Position numbers and translations under genes: made by a program. From assembly GCA_017483305.1 (NCBI GenBank), contig JAFULC010000023.1, positions 16,702 to 80,701 on the forward strand: 64,000 nt of DNA, written 5' to 3'. Positions 46,840-57,266 of this stretch are shown one piece after another. The notes under the pieces are model-generated. The model worked only from the letters and a program-made list of their open reading frames with translations, was not told the DNA's origin and ran no database searches. Source of the DNA: Clostridia bacterium (GTDB lineage Bacteria; Bacillota; Clostridia; Oscillospirales; CAG-272). Each line of letters begins with the position of its first letter. Within the stretch, counting starts at the first letter, position 1.

Positions 46840-48285
46840 TCAAAGCGAGTTGAACATATCCATATATCTGCCTGCAGACACGCTCCAGGAGAAGTCGGTT
46901 CCCATGATCTTACTGATGAACTTCTTGTTCTGTGCCTTATCCGCATAGAGCGCGAGGGCGGCGTTTATTCTGTCCTCAAGCTCCCAGGAGGAATAGTTTG
47001 CGAAGGTGAAGCCGTTGCCCTTGATCTCGCCGTTATCTACCCAATAGCCCTTGATTGAGTCGGCAAGACCGCCCGTTTCTCTGACCACCGGTACTGCTCC
47101 GTAGCGCGATGCGATCATCTGCGAAAGTCCGCAGGGCTCGCTCTTGGAGGGCATTACGAAGATGTCGCAAGCGGCGTATATCTTCTTGGAGAGGTCTCTG
47201 TCGTAGGTCAACAGAGCTCTGACCTTATCGGGATATCTGCACTCGAGCTCGTAGAAGAAGCTTTCGTACTGAGGCTCGCCCTTGCCGAGAATGACGAACT
47301 GGACGTCGTTGTTTCTTACTACGTTGTCCGCGATATCTCTTACGAGGTCAAGTCCCTTATGGGTGGCAAGCCTTGAGATGATGGCAAGCATCGGCACGTC
47401 GGCTCTTTCGGGGAGTCCGTATTCGCGCTGAAGCGCCATTTTGTTCTCTGCCTTGCCCTTGATGACTCCTCTGCGGTCGTAATTCTTTACGAGCACGTTA
47501 TCCTTTGCGGGATTATAATAATCGTAGTCTATGCCGTTGAGGATTCCCGTGAGCTTATGCGCGTTTCTGTAGAGTATGTGTGAAAGGCCGTGCGAATATT
47601 CGTAGGTCTTGATCTCCTCGGCATATCTTTCACTTACCGTGGAGACCTTATCGGCACACTCGATAGCCGCTTTCATAAGGTTGATGCAATCATCGTATCT
47701 CATGAGCGAATAGTATTCGGGGCCGAGATCGAACACGTCGCCGAGTATCTTGAAGTCGTACTTGCCCTGATACTCGATGTTGTGTATGGTATACACTGTC
47801 TTGGTATCCGAAAGTCCCTCGATATAGCGGTACTTGGTGTTGAGGTAGACCACCGCCATTGCCGCCTGCCAGTCGTTTGCCTGGATAACGTCGGGATAGA
47901 ACTCGAGGTGGACGAGCATTTCCATAACTGCTTTGCAGAAATACGCATATCTTTCACCGTCGTCGTAATATCCGTAGAGCATTCCGCTACGCTTGAAGTA
48001 GTACTCGTTATCGATGAAGTAATACTTTACTCCGTCCTTAACGAGACTCTTTACTCCGCAATAGAGGCTTCTCCATGCGAGCGGCACGTAAAAGACTGCT
48101 TCGTCCTTCATCTGCGCTCTCCACTCGTCCTTTATTGCCGAGTACAGAGGCATAACTACTCTGACGTCCACATTATTTTTTTCCTTTGCCTTGATCGCCG
48201 CGGGCAGCGAGCCCATTACGTCGCCAAGACCTCCTGTTGCTGCGAAGGGCATGACCTCCGCGCCTATAAACAATATCTTTTTCAT
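46840..48285 (-). CDS. glgA: Glycogen synthase (ADP-glucose type)
   Basis: MKKILFIGAEVMPFAATGGLGDV is the KxGGL-like N-terminal motif. The 481-aa length fits a GT5 enzyme. Confidence 0.92.
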   Translation of the reverse strand: MKKILFIGAEVMPFAATGGLGDVMGSLPAAIKAKEKNNVDVRVVMPLYSAIKDEWRAQMKDEAVFYVPLAWRSLYCGVKSLVKDGVKYYFIDNEYYFKRSGMLYGYYDDGERYAYFCKAVMEMLVHLEFYPDVIQANDWQAAMAVVYLNTKYRYIEGLSDTKTVYTIHNIEYQGKYDFKILGDVFDLGPEYYSLMRYDDCINLMKAAIECADKVSTVSERYAEEIKTYEYSHGLSHILYRNAHKLTGILNGIDYDYYNPAKDNVLVKNYDRRGVIKGKAENKMALQREYGLPERADVPMLAIISRLATHKGLDLVRDIADNVVRNNDVQFVILGKGEPQYESFFYELECRYPDKVRALLTYDRDLSKKIYAACDIFVMPSKSEPCGLSQMIASRYGAVPVVRETGGLADSIKGYWVDNGEIKGNGFTFANYSSWELEDRINAALALYADKAQNKKFISKIMGTDFSWSVSAGRYMDMFNSL

Positions 48286-48321
48286 AATTTTTAACCTATC
48301 TTTTTGAATTTTGAGATAGAA

Positions 48322-49452
48322 TTATACTGACATTTTTTTACCGATATAGAACGGCATCGTCTTGTGTCCCGAGAGGACTCTTCCGTCCTTTATCACCACG
48401 TTCTTATCCGCGATAACGCAGTTAAGCTCCGCCTTCGGGCAGACGTAGCTATCCTGGAACAGAATAGAATTCTTGACCACTGCTCCCTTTCCAACGTGCA
48501 CGCCGCGGAAGATGATCGAATTCTCGACCGTGCCCTCGATAACACAGCCCTCTGCAACTACCGAATTGGTAACCTTTGCGCCGTCGCAATATCTGGTGGG
48601 CGCAGAGTTACGTACCTTGGTAAGAACGGGGCGGTTCTTGACGCCGAAGAGTCTTTCTCTCGCGTCTGCCTCAAGCAGCTTCATCGAGCACTCGAAATAG
48701 CCCTCGAGCGAGCCGATATGAGCGTACCAGCCATCGTACTTATAGACCTTGTACGCCGCCTTGCCGATATTCTTCATAATAATGTCGCGAAGGAAGCTGG
48801 TATATCCGCGGGAGATAGCCGTTTCAACAACTCCGAGCAGATACTGTCTCTTCATGACCATTATGTTGATATACACCTGAGTATCCTCGGATACGTGATC
48901 CTCAAAAACATCGGTGACGTTGTCGTTCTCGTCGGACTTGATGAGCGTAAGTATTTCGCTTTCGCTGACTCCCGTCAGGTCGGTGCTCTTGGTTACGAAT
49001 GTGATATCCGCGCCGCTTGCAGCGTGTCTTTCTATAACGTCGTTGAGGTCGATATTGCAGATGACGTCACAGTCCGACATAACTATGTAATCCTCGTTAC
49101 AGCGGTTGAGGAAGTTCACCGTACCCATAAGCGCCTCAAGGCGAGAGGTATAGAACTTATTTGCGCCTGCATTGTCGAACGCGGAGACGAAGGGAGGCAG
49201 GAGCTTGATTCCGCCCGAGCGGCGCGCAAGATCCCAGTCCTTACCGTTTCCGAGATGGTCGAGAAGCGACTGATAATTGTTGTGGGTAACAAGACCTATT
49301 TTGGATATTCCCGAATTTACCATGCTCGAGAGAGCGAAGTCTATAAGGCGGTATCTTCCGCCGAAGGGCACGCTTCCGATGGTTCTCATTCTTGTGAGCT
49401 CGGGAATGCTGTTATCGTGTATATTTGAAAATATAAGACCTACTGCTGTCAT
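48322..49452 (-). CDS. glgD: Glucose-1-phosphate adenylyltransferase regulatory subunit GlgD
   Basis: It is a paralogue of GlgC that lacks the GGxGxRL loop (GLIFSN...). A left-handed beta-helix C-terminus is present. It lies between glgC and glgA, as in Firmicutes. Confidence 0.85.
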   Translation of the reverse strand: MTAVGLIFSNIHDNSIPELTRMRTIGSVPFGGRYRLIDFALSSMVNSGISKIGLVTHNNYQSLLDHLGNGKDWDLARRSGGIKLLPPFVSAFDNAGANKFYTSRLEALMGTVNFLNRCNEDYIVMSDCDVICNIDLNDVIERHAASGADITFVTKSTDLTGVSESEILTLIKSDENDNVTDVFEDHVSEDTQVYINIMVMKRQYLLGVVETAISRGYTSFLRDIIMKNIGKAAYKVYKYDGWYAHIGSLEGYFECSMKLLEADARERLFGVKNRPVLTKVRNSAPTRYCDGAKVTNSVVAEGCVIEGTVENSIIFRGVHVGKGAVVKNSILFQDSYVCPKAELNCVIADKNVVIKDGRVLSGHKTMPFYIGKKMSV

Positions 49453-49584
49453 TTATTTTACTCCGTTCCGCCGCCTTTCTTGCGGCTCAATTCAAATAAT
49501 GTTGATAGATCCCACCGTGGCAAGATCTTAGCGTGAAAAGGATCGATTACCTTTCAAGCGGTCGCAGCTTACGCAACCCTTCTG

Positions 49585-50769
49585 TCAAAGCTCCGAGATG
49601 ATAGTGCCGTCTTCAACGACAACGCCGTTGGGAACTGTGATATCCGCGCCAAGCACGGTAATTCCCTTCGCCTTGTCCTTGGATGCGCCTATGATCGCAC
49701 CTGCGCCGACTTCGACACCGGTATCAATGATAGAGTAGTTGACCGTTGCACCCGAGCCGATTACGGTATCACCCATAAGTACGCAGTCCTTTACGTATGC
49801 GCCGGGCATAACCTTTACGCCCGAGCCGAGAACACAGTTCTTCACCGTTCCGTAGATCTCACAGCCGTCGGTAACGTAGCTGTTGACGATCTTGGCATTC
49901 TCGCCGATGAACTGAGGTCCGTTGGACTGATTTCTTGAATAGATCTTGAAGTTAGGATCGTTGAGATCGAGAACGGGGTCTGTGCCAAGGAGGTCCATAT
50001 TAGCCTCCCAAAGCGAATTGATCGTTCCAACGTCCTTCCAATAGCCCTCGAAGCTATAAGCAAACATCTTTTCGCCCGCAGCGAGCATATTGGGGATGAT
50101 ATTCTTTCCGAAGTCGTTGGAGGAGTTGGGGTCTGCCTCATCCTCGACAAGATACTTCTGGAGCTTTTCTCTCGTGAAGATATATATACCCATCGAAGCG
50201 TTTGTGCTATCGGGGTTCTTGGGCTTTTCGGTGAACTTGTATATCGAGCCGTCCTCGTTTGCGCTCATGATACCGAAGCGGCTTGCCTCCTCGATCGGAA
50301 CGTCGATGACCGCGATAGTACAGTCCGCGCCCTTTGCCTTATGATACTCAAGCATCTTGGCGTAGTCCATCTTATAGATATGGTCGCCTGAGAGGATAAG
50401 AACGTAGTCGGTGTCGTATCTGTTGATAAACTCAAGGTTCTGATAGATAGCGTTTGCGGTGCCCTTGTACCAGTCTGCAGACTTCTGTCCCTGATACGGA
50501 GGCAGGATCTTAACACCACCCCAGATACGGTCGAGATCCCAAGGCTGTCCGTTGCCTATGTACTCGTTTAACACGAGGGGCTGATACTGTGTCAGTACTC
50601 CCACTGTGTCGATACCGGAGTTGATACAGTTAGACAGGGTGAAGTCGATAATTCTGTATTTTCCTCCGAAGGATACTGCCGGTTTTGCGGTTTTGGTCGT
50701 CAGGGCGTACAAGCGCGAGCCCTGGCCTCCTGCAAGCAACATTGCCACACATTCTTTTTTCTTGAACAT
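49585..50769 (-). CDS. glgC: Glucose-1-phosphate adenylyltransferase
   Basis: [33 protein letters not shown] and EKPK-type motifs are present. Confidence 0.93.
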   Translation of the reverse strand: MFKKKECVAMLLAGGQGSRLYALTTKTAKPAVSFGGKYRIIDFTLSNCINSGIDTVGVLTQYQPLVLNEYIGNGQPWDLDRIWGGVKILPPYQGQKSADWYKGTANAIYQNLEFINRYDTDYVLILSGDHIYKMDYAKMLEYHKAKGADCTIAVIDVPIEEASRFGIMSANEDGSIYKFTEKPKNPDSTNASMGIYIFTREKLQKYLVEDEADPNSSNDFGKNIIPNMLAAGEKMFAYSFEGYWKDVGTINSLWEANMDLLGTDPVLDLNDPNFKIYSRNQSNGPQFIGENAKIVNSYVTDGCEIYGTVKNCVLGSGVKVMPGAYVKDCVLMGDTVIGSGATVNYSIIDTGVEVGAGAIIGASKDKAKGITVLGADITVPNGVVVEDGTIISEL

Positions 50770-50852
50770 AAGAACTCTCCTCTATGATAAAAAATTAATG
50801 ATACGCTGGTTTTTCCGAACGCTCGGACATAGGGATATTGCTGTTTTTAGGG

Positions 50853-52796
50853 TTATTTTTGCTCTTTTTTAGGTCTTTTTCGACGGGGTGCGGCGTTTTT
50901 TCGTGAAATCGGCTTCTTGGAGGTCATTTTCAGAATGACTGCGCCGAGAGGAGGAACGCGGAGGCGTATTCCCTCGGAATATTTGCCGAATTCCTTGTCG
51001 CGAGTGCTTTCAAACTGCACTCCCGTATTCGTTACGCCGCTTCCTCCGTATTTTTCGTCATCCGAGTTGAATATTTCCTCGTAGACACCTGCTTGTGCGG
51101 TGCGAAGGAAGAAGTTTTCGTAGGTCTTTGGTGTGAAGTTGATCACAACGGTAAGCTCGCTGCCGTTTTTCGCGATTCTTCGAAACGAGATTATACTGTC
51201 CCTTGAATTGTCGGGATCTATCCACTGATAGCCCTTCCAGCCGTCGTCAACCTCCCAGAGCTGCGGTGACCGCAGATACAGGTCGTTGAGCTCGGAGCAG
51301 AAGAACTGATGCTTGGCGTGGCTTTCGTAGTCGAGCAAAAACCACTCGACCTGACCGTCGTGTGCCCATTCGCGAAACTGACCTATCTCCGAGCCCATAA
51401 ACGTGAGCTTCTTTCCGGGACAAGTCATTCTGTAGACCTCAAAGGCTCTCGCTCCCGCGAATTTACACCAATAGTCGCCCTGCATTTTGTCAAGGAATGA
51501 CCGTTTCCCGTGAACCACCTCATCGTGCGATATCGGCAGGACAAAGCGCTCGTTGAAGGCATATACCATCGGGAAGGTGAGCTTTGAGTGATTGTCGGGT
51601 CTGTATTTAAAGTCGGTAGAGGCGTACCACAAGGTATCGTTCATCCACCCCATATTCCATTTGAGGTCGAAGCCAAGTCCCTGCCCCTCGGTTGAGGTAA
51701 CGCCCGGCCACGCGCTCGACTCCTCCGCTATCATCATCACATCGGGATGAAGCTCCTTTACGGTGCGGTTGAGCTTTTGCAGAAAATCTATTCCCTCAAG
51801 GCAACGGTTGTCGCCGTACTCATTCGGCGTCCAGTCGCCAGGGGCGCGATCGTAATCAAGATATATCATCGACGAGACCGCATCGACCCGCAGTCCGTCG
51901 GCGTGATATTTTTCGATCCAATATAACGCGTTTGATATGAGGAAGGAGCGGACCTCGGCTCTGCCAAGATCGAAGCGAAGTGTTCCCCACCCCGCAAGCT
52001 CTGCCTTGCGCGAGTCCCCGTATTCGTAAAGCGGCTCTCCGTCGAAGCGGGCAAGTCCGAACTCATCTCTGACGAAATGGGCGGGTACCCAATCGAAAAT
52101 AACGCCTATTCCCGCTCCGTGCATAATGTCGACGAAGCGCATAAGCTCCTTCGGCTCGCCGTATCTTGAGGTCGGGGAGTAAAATCCTCCCACCTGATAG
52201 CCCCAGGAGCCGTTGAAGGGATGCTCGGCGATCGGCATAAGCTCGACGTGGGTATATCCCATCTGCTTGACGTAGGGCACGAGCTCCTCGGCGATCTCTC
52301 TGTAGGAGAGGCAGCTTCCGTCCTCGCGGCGCTTCCACGAGCCGAGATGCAGCTCGTATATATTCATAGGTCGCGAGTAAAAATCAGTATCCTCGATACG
52401 CTGCTCGAGCCAGCCGCGGTCTCGCCAGCGGTAGCCTCCGATATCGGCAACGATCGACGCCGCGTGCGGAGGGTTGTCCATACGGAAGCCGTAGGGGTCC
52501 GACTTATAGATAACCTTATCGCGCGTGTAAAATTTGAATTTGTAGAGATCTCCCGCTTTTATCTCGGAATCGGGGATTTTTGCCTCCCAGACTCCCTCGT
52601 CGGTCAGCCTGATCATAGGGTGCGAATCCGACCACTCGTTGAAGCTTCCCGTAACGAACACGCTATCGGCGTGCGGTGCGTATACACGGAAAACGAAGCT
52701 TCCCTCGCTTCTGCTCACCCCGAAAAGCTCGTAGGCTTTTTTGGAGTCGCCCGAATGAAAGAGAGCGAGCTGTGTCTTTAAGCTTTTTTCGGTCAT
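50853..52796 (-). CDS. glgB: 1,4-alpha-glucan branching enzyme
   Basis: The start at 52796 (MTEKSLKTQLALF...) follows GGAGGTG. GH13 branching-enzyme regions are DWVPAHF, GLRVDAV and AEESSAWPG. The C-terminal tail is basic. Confidence 0.92.
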   Translation of the reverse strand: MTEKSLKTQLALFHSGDSKKAYELFGVSRSEGSFVFRVYAPHADSVFVTGSFNEWSDSHPMIRLTDEGVWEAKIPDSEIKAGDLYKFKFYTRDKVIYKSDPYGFRMDNPPHAASIVADIGGYRWRDRGWLEQRIEDTDFYSRPMNIYELHLGSWKRREDGSCLSYREIAEELVPYVKQMGYTHVELMPIAEHPFNGSWGYQVGGFYSPTSRYGEPKELMRFVDIMHGAGIGVIFDWVPAHFVRDEFGLARFDGEPLYEYGDSRKAELAGWGTLRFDLGRAEVRSFLISNALYWIEKYHADGLRVDAVSSMIYLDYDRAPGDWTPNEYGDNRCLEGIDFLQKLNRTVKELHPDVMMIAEESSAWPGVTSTEGQGLGFDLKWNMGWMNDTLWYASTDFKYRPDNHSKLTFPMVYAFNERFVLPISHDEVVHGKRSFLDKMQGDYWCKFAGARAFEVYRMTCPGKKLTFMGSEIGQFREWAHDGQVEWFLLDYESHAKHQFFCSELNDLYLRSPQLWEVDDGWKGYQWIDPDNSRDSIISFRRIAKNGSELTVVINFTPKTYENFFLRTAQAGVYEEIFNSDDEKYGGSGVTNTGVQFESTRDKEFGKYSEGIRLRVPPLGAVILKMTSKKPISRKNAAPRRKRPKKEQK

Positions 52797-52996
52797 TTTG
52801 ACACCTCCGTTAACAGTGATCGAGGCCACCCGCCCGAAAGCGAGATACTCCTAATATCTATTATACCACCGCTTTTTCCCCGTGTCAATGCACATTTCTT
52901 ATAAATCTACATTAATATATGTGGTAAAATTGCCAATATATTTTAAATATGCTAACGTTTTTGGCGGTCAAGTCGCCGCTCGGGGCAAAATTAGTG

Positions 52997-53025
52997 TTGA
53001 CAACACTTGTTTTTTGTGATACAAT
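52997..53025 (+). promoter_or_regulatory. Sigma-A promoter upstream of holB
   Basis: TTGACA (52997-53002), a 17-nt spacer, then TACAAT (53020-53025) preceded by TGA. Confidence 0.6.
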
Positions 53026-53067
53026 AAAGTGATATATTGTTTCAAATTCGAGCTGGAGGATCATGCG

Positions 53068-54114
53068 ATGGCTGACGAAAATATCTACTTTCCCGATATT
53101 GTCGGAAACGACTCGCTTATCCGACGCTTGTCAAAGGATATATCCGAAAACCGACTCGCCCACGCATACGTTATAGAGGGTATAAAGGGTAGCGGACGGC
53201 ATACGATTGCGAGGCAGGCAATCGCCGCGATAGAATGCAGCGCCCGTGCCGAAGGAAAGGCTCACGTATCTCTGCCATGCGGCAGATGCAAAAGCTGTGA
53301 AAAGATACTCTCCGAAAAGTCGCCCGACGTTATAACCGTTGGACTTGAGGAGGACAGATCCACGATCGGCGTTGAGACCATCCGAGGTCTTAAGGAAGAC
53401 ATATACACTGCTCCAAACGACCTTTCAGTCAAGGCTTACATTCTTGAGGATGCCGATCTTTTGACTCCGCAGGCTCAAAACGCATTTTTGCTCTCTCTTG
53501 AGGAGCCGCCCGCGTACATTATATTCTTTCTGATATGCGAAAATTCCGATAATCTGCTTGAGACCGTGCGCTCGCGCGCTCCCACACTCCGAACCGAGAG
53601 ATTATCCTCTGAGGCGGTCGCCGAGCACTTGCTCAAGCACGACAGTCGAGCAAGAGAGCTTAAGGAGACCTCGCCGAGCGAATGGGAGGAGATAATTTGC
53701 ATAAGTCAAGGCTCGATCGGAAGCGGTCTTGAGCTGCTTGATGCAAAAAAGCGATCACGGACTATCGAATACAGAAACGTGGCTAAGAGTCTTGTTGCGA
53801 TGCTCGGTCGGTCAAACAGAGCCGCCGCGTTCGAGGCGATAGGAGCATTCGGCACGAAAAGAGCCGAGGTGTGCAGACAGCTTTCATTTTTGCAATATGC
53901 GATCAGAGACCTTCTGCTGCTCAAAAAGTGCGAGACGAGCCCGCTTTGCTTCTTTGAGAGGCGAGACGATGCTATCGAGCTCTCGACTCACTTCACCGCT
54001 CACGGACTCCTCTCTCTTTACGATGCGTCTGCCGTTGCAATGGACGATCTTGAGGCAAACGCCAACGTCCGTCTGACTCTGATGAATATGATGCAGAGAG
54101 CGGGACTTGTTTAA
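53068..54114 (+). CDS. holB: DNA polymerase III subunit delta prime
   Basis: The start at 53068 follows GGAGGA. HAYVIEGIKGSGRHTIA is a degenerate P-loop, CGRCKSCEKI is the Zn module, and SLEEPP and RSRAPT are also present. Confidence 0.85.
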   Translation: MADENIYFPDIVGNDSLIRRLSKDISENRLAHAYVIEGIKGSGRHTIARQAIAAIECSARAEGKAHVSLPCGRCKSCEKILSEKSPDVITVGLEEDRSTIGVETIRGLKEDIYTAPNDLSVKAYILEDADLLTPQAQNAFLLSLEEPPAYIIFFLICENSDNLLETVRSRAPTLRTERLSSEAVAEHLLKHDSRARELKETSPSEWEEIICISQGSIGSGLELLDAKKRSRTIEYRNVAKSLVAMLGRSNRAAAFEAIGAFGTKRAEVCRQLSFLQYAIRDLLLLKKCETSPLCFFERRDDAIELSTHFTAHGLLSLYDASAVAMDDLEANANVRLTLMNMMQRAGLV

Positions 54115-54152
54115 ATCACGAAAATTTCCAATTCAAAAAGGTTGGTACGAAG

Positions 54153-55259
54153 ATGAATTCAGATACAAAGCCAAACAATCAGGGCAATCAGGGAAACAAT
54201 CCCTCCCACAACAAGCATAAAAAGAAGCCCTACTATATGAAAAAGAAAAACCGTCACTCCCACAAGCCCAAGGATCGTGACGCCTCTGCACAGCTCAACG
54301 AGCAAAAGCTCGATCAGCCTGCCGAGGTTGAAAACGATGCCGACGGTGAAGTGATGGTATTCGAGGCGGATGACAGTCTCACCCCCGAGGTCATTGTCTC
54401 TATTGAGGACGACGATACACCCAAGGTACACGTTACCGGTGTTCGATTCAAGCCCGGCGGAAAGGTTTATTTCTTCGCCAAGGGCGATCTTGAGCCCAAG
54501 AGCTCATCCTACGTTATAGTTGAGACCGCGCGCGGTCTCGAATTCGGCGAGGTGGCATTCGGCGACCGTGAGGTCAAGGAATCGGCTCTCGTTCCCCCGC
54601 TCCGTCCCGTCGTGCGCATCGCCACCGACGAGGACATACGGCGCAACAAGGAAAACAAGCGCAAGGAGGAGGAGGCATTTAAGATCTGTGCCGAAAAGAT
54701 ACAGAAGCACGGTCTTAGCATGAAGCTTCTCGAGGCGCAATATTCCTTTGACAACTCCAAGCTTCTTTTCTACTTCACGTCTGCAAGCCGAGTCGACTTC
54801 AGAGAGCTCGTTAAGGATCTCGCAAGCGTATTCAAGACCCGAATCGAGCTCCGTCAGATAGGTATCAGAGACGAGGCGAAGATCATGGGCGGTCTCGGCG
54901 TTTGCGGCAGACCTCTTTGCTGCTCGACCTTCCTCTCGGATTTCGTTCAGGTATCGATCAAGATGGCAAAAGAGCAGAATCTCTCGCTTAATTCGGGCAA
55001 GATCTCGGGCTGCTGCGGCCGTCTTATGTGCTGCTTGCAGTACGAATACAGCACGTATGCCGAGGAGACCGCAAAAACTCCTCCCGTAGACTCGACCGTA
55101 AGGACAAGAGACGGCTTCGGCACAGTAACCGAAATCAGTCCGCTCGCAGGCACTCTCAAGGTCAGGCTCAAGGACAAGCCCGACTCGGCTCCCGTTATCT
55201 ACAAAAGAGACGATGTCACCTTGATCTCCAAGCCCGCGACGAAGAAAAACGAGGATTGA
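54153..55259 (+). CDS. ricT: PSP1-domain protein RicT/YaaT
   Basis: It contains a PSP1 C-terminal domain with a Cys cluster (GVCGRPLCCSTF...GCCGRLMCCLQYE). The first ~95 aa form a low-complexity extension, so the true start could be further downstream. Confidence 0.8.
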   Translation: MNSDTKPNNQGNQGNNPSHNKHKKKPYYMKKKNRHSHKPKDRDASAQLNEQKLDQPAEVENDADGEVMVFEADDSLTPEVIVSIEDDDTPKVHVTGVRFKPGGKVYFFAKGDLEPKSSSYVIVETARGLEFGEVAFGDREVKESALVPPLRPVVRIATDEDIRRNKENKRKEEEAFKICAEKIQKHGLSMKLLEAQYSFDNSKLLFYFTSASRVDFRELVKDLASVFKTRIELRQIGIRDEAKIMGGLGVCGRPLCCSTFLSDFVQVSIKMAKEQNLSLNSGKISGCCGRLMCCLQYEYSTYAEETAKTPPVDSTVRTRDGFGTVTEISPLAGTLKVRLKDKPDSAPVIYKRDDVTLISKPATKKNED

Positions 55260-55340
55260 TTAGGCAAATTAGCCTACGCTAACTGTGCGATTTTGTGCAA
55301 TCCGCATAAATTATCTTGAAAATTTTGTACACAACGATAC

Positions 55341-55369
55341 TTGAAAATTAAGTCGGATTGTGATACAAT
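55341..55369 (+). promoter_or_regulatory. Sigma-A promoter of the ferredoxin gene
   Basis: TTGAAA (55341-55346), a 17-nt spacer, then TACAAT (55364-55369) preceded by TGA. Confidence 0.6.
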
Positions 55370-55402
55370 GGTAGCATCAAAAATATATGGAGGTACATTT
55401 CT

Positions 55403-55573
55403 ATGGCATACAAGATTTCCGACGATTGCATCTCTTGCGGCGCTTGTGCAGCAGAGTGCCCCGTTGAAGCTATTTCCGAGGGTGACGGCAAGTACGTTAT
55501 CGACGCTGACACATGTATCGACTGCGGTAACTGCGCAGAGGTATGTCCCGTTGGCGCTCCCGCTCAGGACTAA
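55403..55573 (+). CDS. fdx: Clostridial-type 2x[4Fe-4S] ferredoxin (56 aa; below the ORF-track cutoff)
   Basis: Manual translation gives MAYKISDDCISCGACAAECPVEAISEGDGKYVIDADTCIDCGNCAEVCPVGAPAQD. It contains two CxxCxxCxxxCP motifs. The RBS GGAGGT lies upstream, and the terminator hairpin CGCCGAGCC...GGCTCGGCG plus a T-run follows. Confidence 0.9.
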   Translation: MAYKISDDCISCGACAAECPVEAISEGDGKYVIDADTCIDCGNCAEVCPVGAPAQD

Positions 55574-55662
55574 TATAGCTTATAGCTATCGCCGAGCCGC
55601 GTGAGTGGCTCGGCGTTTGTTTTTATTGTGATTACTAAAACGCTTTTTATTCGGAGGTCGCT

Positions 55663-56412
55663 TTGGAAAAGACTACGAAAATAAACGATAATCTTACTCT
55701 GATACAAAGCTCTCAGGGGCTCACCTTCGGCAGCGACGCTTACCTTTTGTCCGCTTTCGTTTCGGGGGGCAAAAATCAGGTCGGCGCCGACCTCGGCAGC
55801 GGCACGGGAGTCATTTCCCTGCTCTGTGCGTCAAGGAAGAAGGCTTCGAGGATATACTCTATCGAGGTCCAAGAGAAATTTGCCGATATCATCGGGCGCA
55901 ACGCCGAGGCAAACGGCATGGGTGAGATCATAAAGCCGATTTGCACCGACCTGCGCGAGCTCAAGGCTTCGGACGTGGACGGCGAGGTCGATTTCGTTAC
56001 GGCTAACCCTCCTTACATGAAGCTTGACAGCGGAAAGCGCAACGAGCACGACGAAAAATTTATCGCGCGGCACGAGGTCTGCGGAGGCATCGGGGACTTC
56101 TGCGCCTGCGCTTACAGGCTACTCAAGCACGGCGGTAAATTTTACGTGGTCTGGCGCCCCGACCGACTTGTCGATCTGATCTGCGCTCTTCGTGAAAACC
56201 GTCTCGAACCAAAGCTTATTACCTTCGTTTGCGCTACACCCGAAAGCGAGCCCTCGATGGTTTTGGTGCGCTCGTTGAAGGGTGCGGCATCCGGGTCTGT
56301 CGTCACTCGCACACTCTTTTTGCACGACGACAAGCAGGGTGCGATTCAAAGCAAGCTATCCGCAGATGCGGAAAAAATATACGAAAGCTGCTCTTTTTCC
56401 CACTTCAAATGA
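55663..56412 (+). CDS. N6-adenine methyltransferase, TrmN6/YfiC-like (NPPY)
   Basis: The SAM motif is DLGSGTGVISL and the catalytic motif is TANPPYM. It has a TTG start after GGAGGT. The position after holB-ricT matches the Bacillus yabB neighbourhood. Confidence 0.7.
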   Translation: MEKTTKINDNLTLIQSSQGLTFGSDAYLLSAFVSGGKNQVGADLGSGTGVISLLCASRKKASRIYSIEVQEKFADIIGRNAEANGMGEIIKPICTDLRELKASDVDGEVDFVTANPPYMKLDSGKRNEHDEKFIARHEVCGGIGDFCACAYRLLKHGGKFYVVWRPDRLVDLICALRENRLEPKLITFVCATPESEPSMVLVRSLKGAASGSVVTRTLFLHDDKQGAIQSKLSADAEKIYESCSFSHFK

Positions 56413-56438
56413 TCTGAAGCGTTACGGAGATTTAATTT

Positions 56439-57206
56439 ATGGAAAATATGAAACGAATCCTCAGCTATACGCGCCGAGGAGTAGACGATTACAATATGAT
56501 ACAAGAGGGGGATAAGATCGCCGTCGGAGTTTCGGCAGGCAAGGATTCCCTCACCCTTTTGTGCGCCATGGCTTATCTGCGCCGCTTTTATCCCAAGAAA
56601 TTCGAGCTTATTGCGATCACTGTTGATATGGGCTTTGACGAGGGAATGGATTTTGAGCCGATAAGGAAGCTTTGCGAGGAGCTTGACGTGCCGTATCACA
56701 TCGTGCCCACGCAGATATACAAGATCATTTTTGACGTCAGAAAGGAGTCTAATCCCTGCTCTCTTTGTGCTAAAATGCGCCGTGGTGCGCTTCACAACGC
56801 GGCAAAGGAGCTTGGATGCACCTCGGTTGCTCTCGGACACCATTTCGACGATGTGGTGGAGACCTTTATGCTCAATCTCTTTTTCGAAGGCAGGCTTGGT
56901 TGCTTCAGTCCCGTTACAGAGCTTTCGCGAGTCGGAATAAAGCTTATCCGACCTATGATCTATATGCCCGAGAAGGACGTTGCCGAGTTTGCAAGGAAAA
57001 ATCAGCTTCCCGTTATAAGCTCGCCCTGCCCCGCGGATAAAAACACGGAGCGCGAGGAGATGAAGCAGCTTTTACGGTCGCTTGAGCGCGAGAACAAGGG
57101 GCTTCGCTACCGAATTTTCGGTGCGATCTGCCGCGGAGAGATCGACGGTTTTCGCGAGCTTAGCCGAATGGAAGGAATCAAAAAATACTCGGAGGACACC
57201 GAATAA
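56439..57206 (+). CDS. TtcA-family PP-loop ATPase (tRNA 2-thiocytidine synthase-like)
   Basis: The PP-loop is VGVSAGKDSLTLL. Cys motifs are NPCSLCAKMRRG and SSPCP. Confidence 0.7.
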   Translation: MENMKRILSYTRRGVDDYNMIQEGDKIAVGVSAGKDSLTLLCAMAYLRRFYPKKFELIAITVDMGFDEGMDFEPIRKLCEELDVPYHIVPTQIYKIIFDVRKESNPCSLCAKMRRGALHNAAKELGCTSVALGHHFDDVVETFMLNLFFEGRLGCFSPVTELSRVGIKLIRPMIYMPEKDVAEFARKNQLPVISSPCPADKNTEREEMKQLLRSLERENKGLRYRIFGAICRGEIDGFRELSRMEGIKKYSEDTE

Positions 57207-57208
57207 AT

Positions 57209-57246
57209 AAAAAGCCATTCTCACACTTGGTGAGAATGGCTTTTTT
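57209..57246. terminator. Bidirectional terminator
   Basis: AAAAAGCCATTCTCAC ACTTG GTGAGAATGGCTTTTT. Confidence 0.75.
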
Positions 57247-57266
57247 GTATGGACTTCGGGCTATAT

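Noticed and set aside
48364-49428. A 354-aa plus-strand ORF. Similar antisense ORFs lie at 5145-5810, 6888-7658, 22406-23257, 15888-16901 and 47590-48294.
   Set aside because: All are antisense to genes with strong family signatures (glgD, polA, udp, trpS, glgA). None shows motifs or translation signals.
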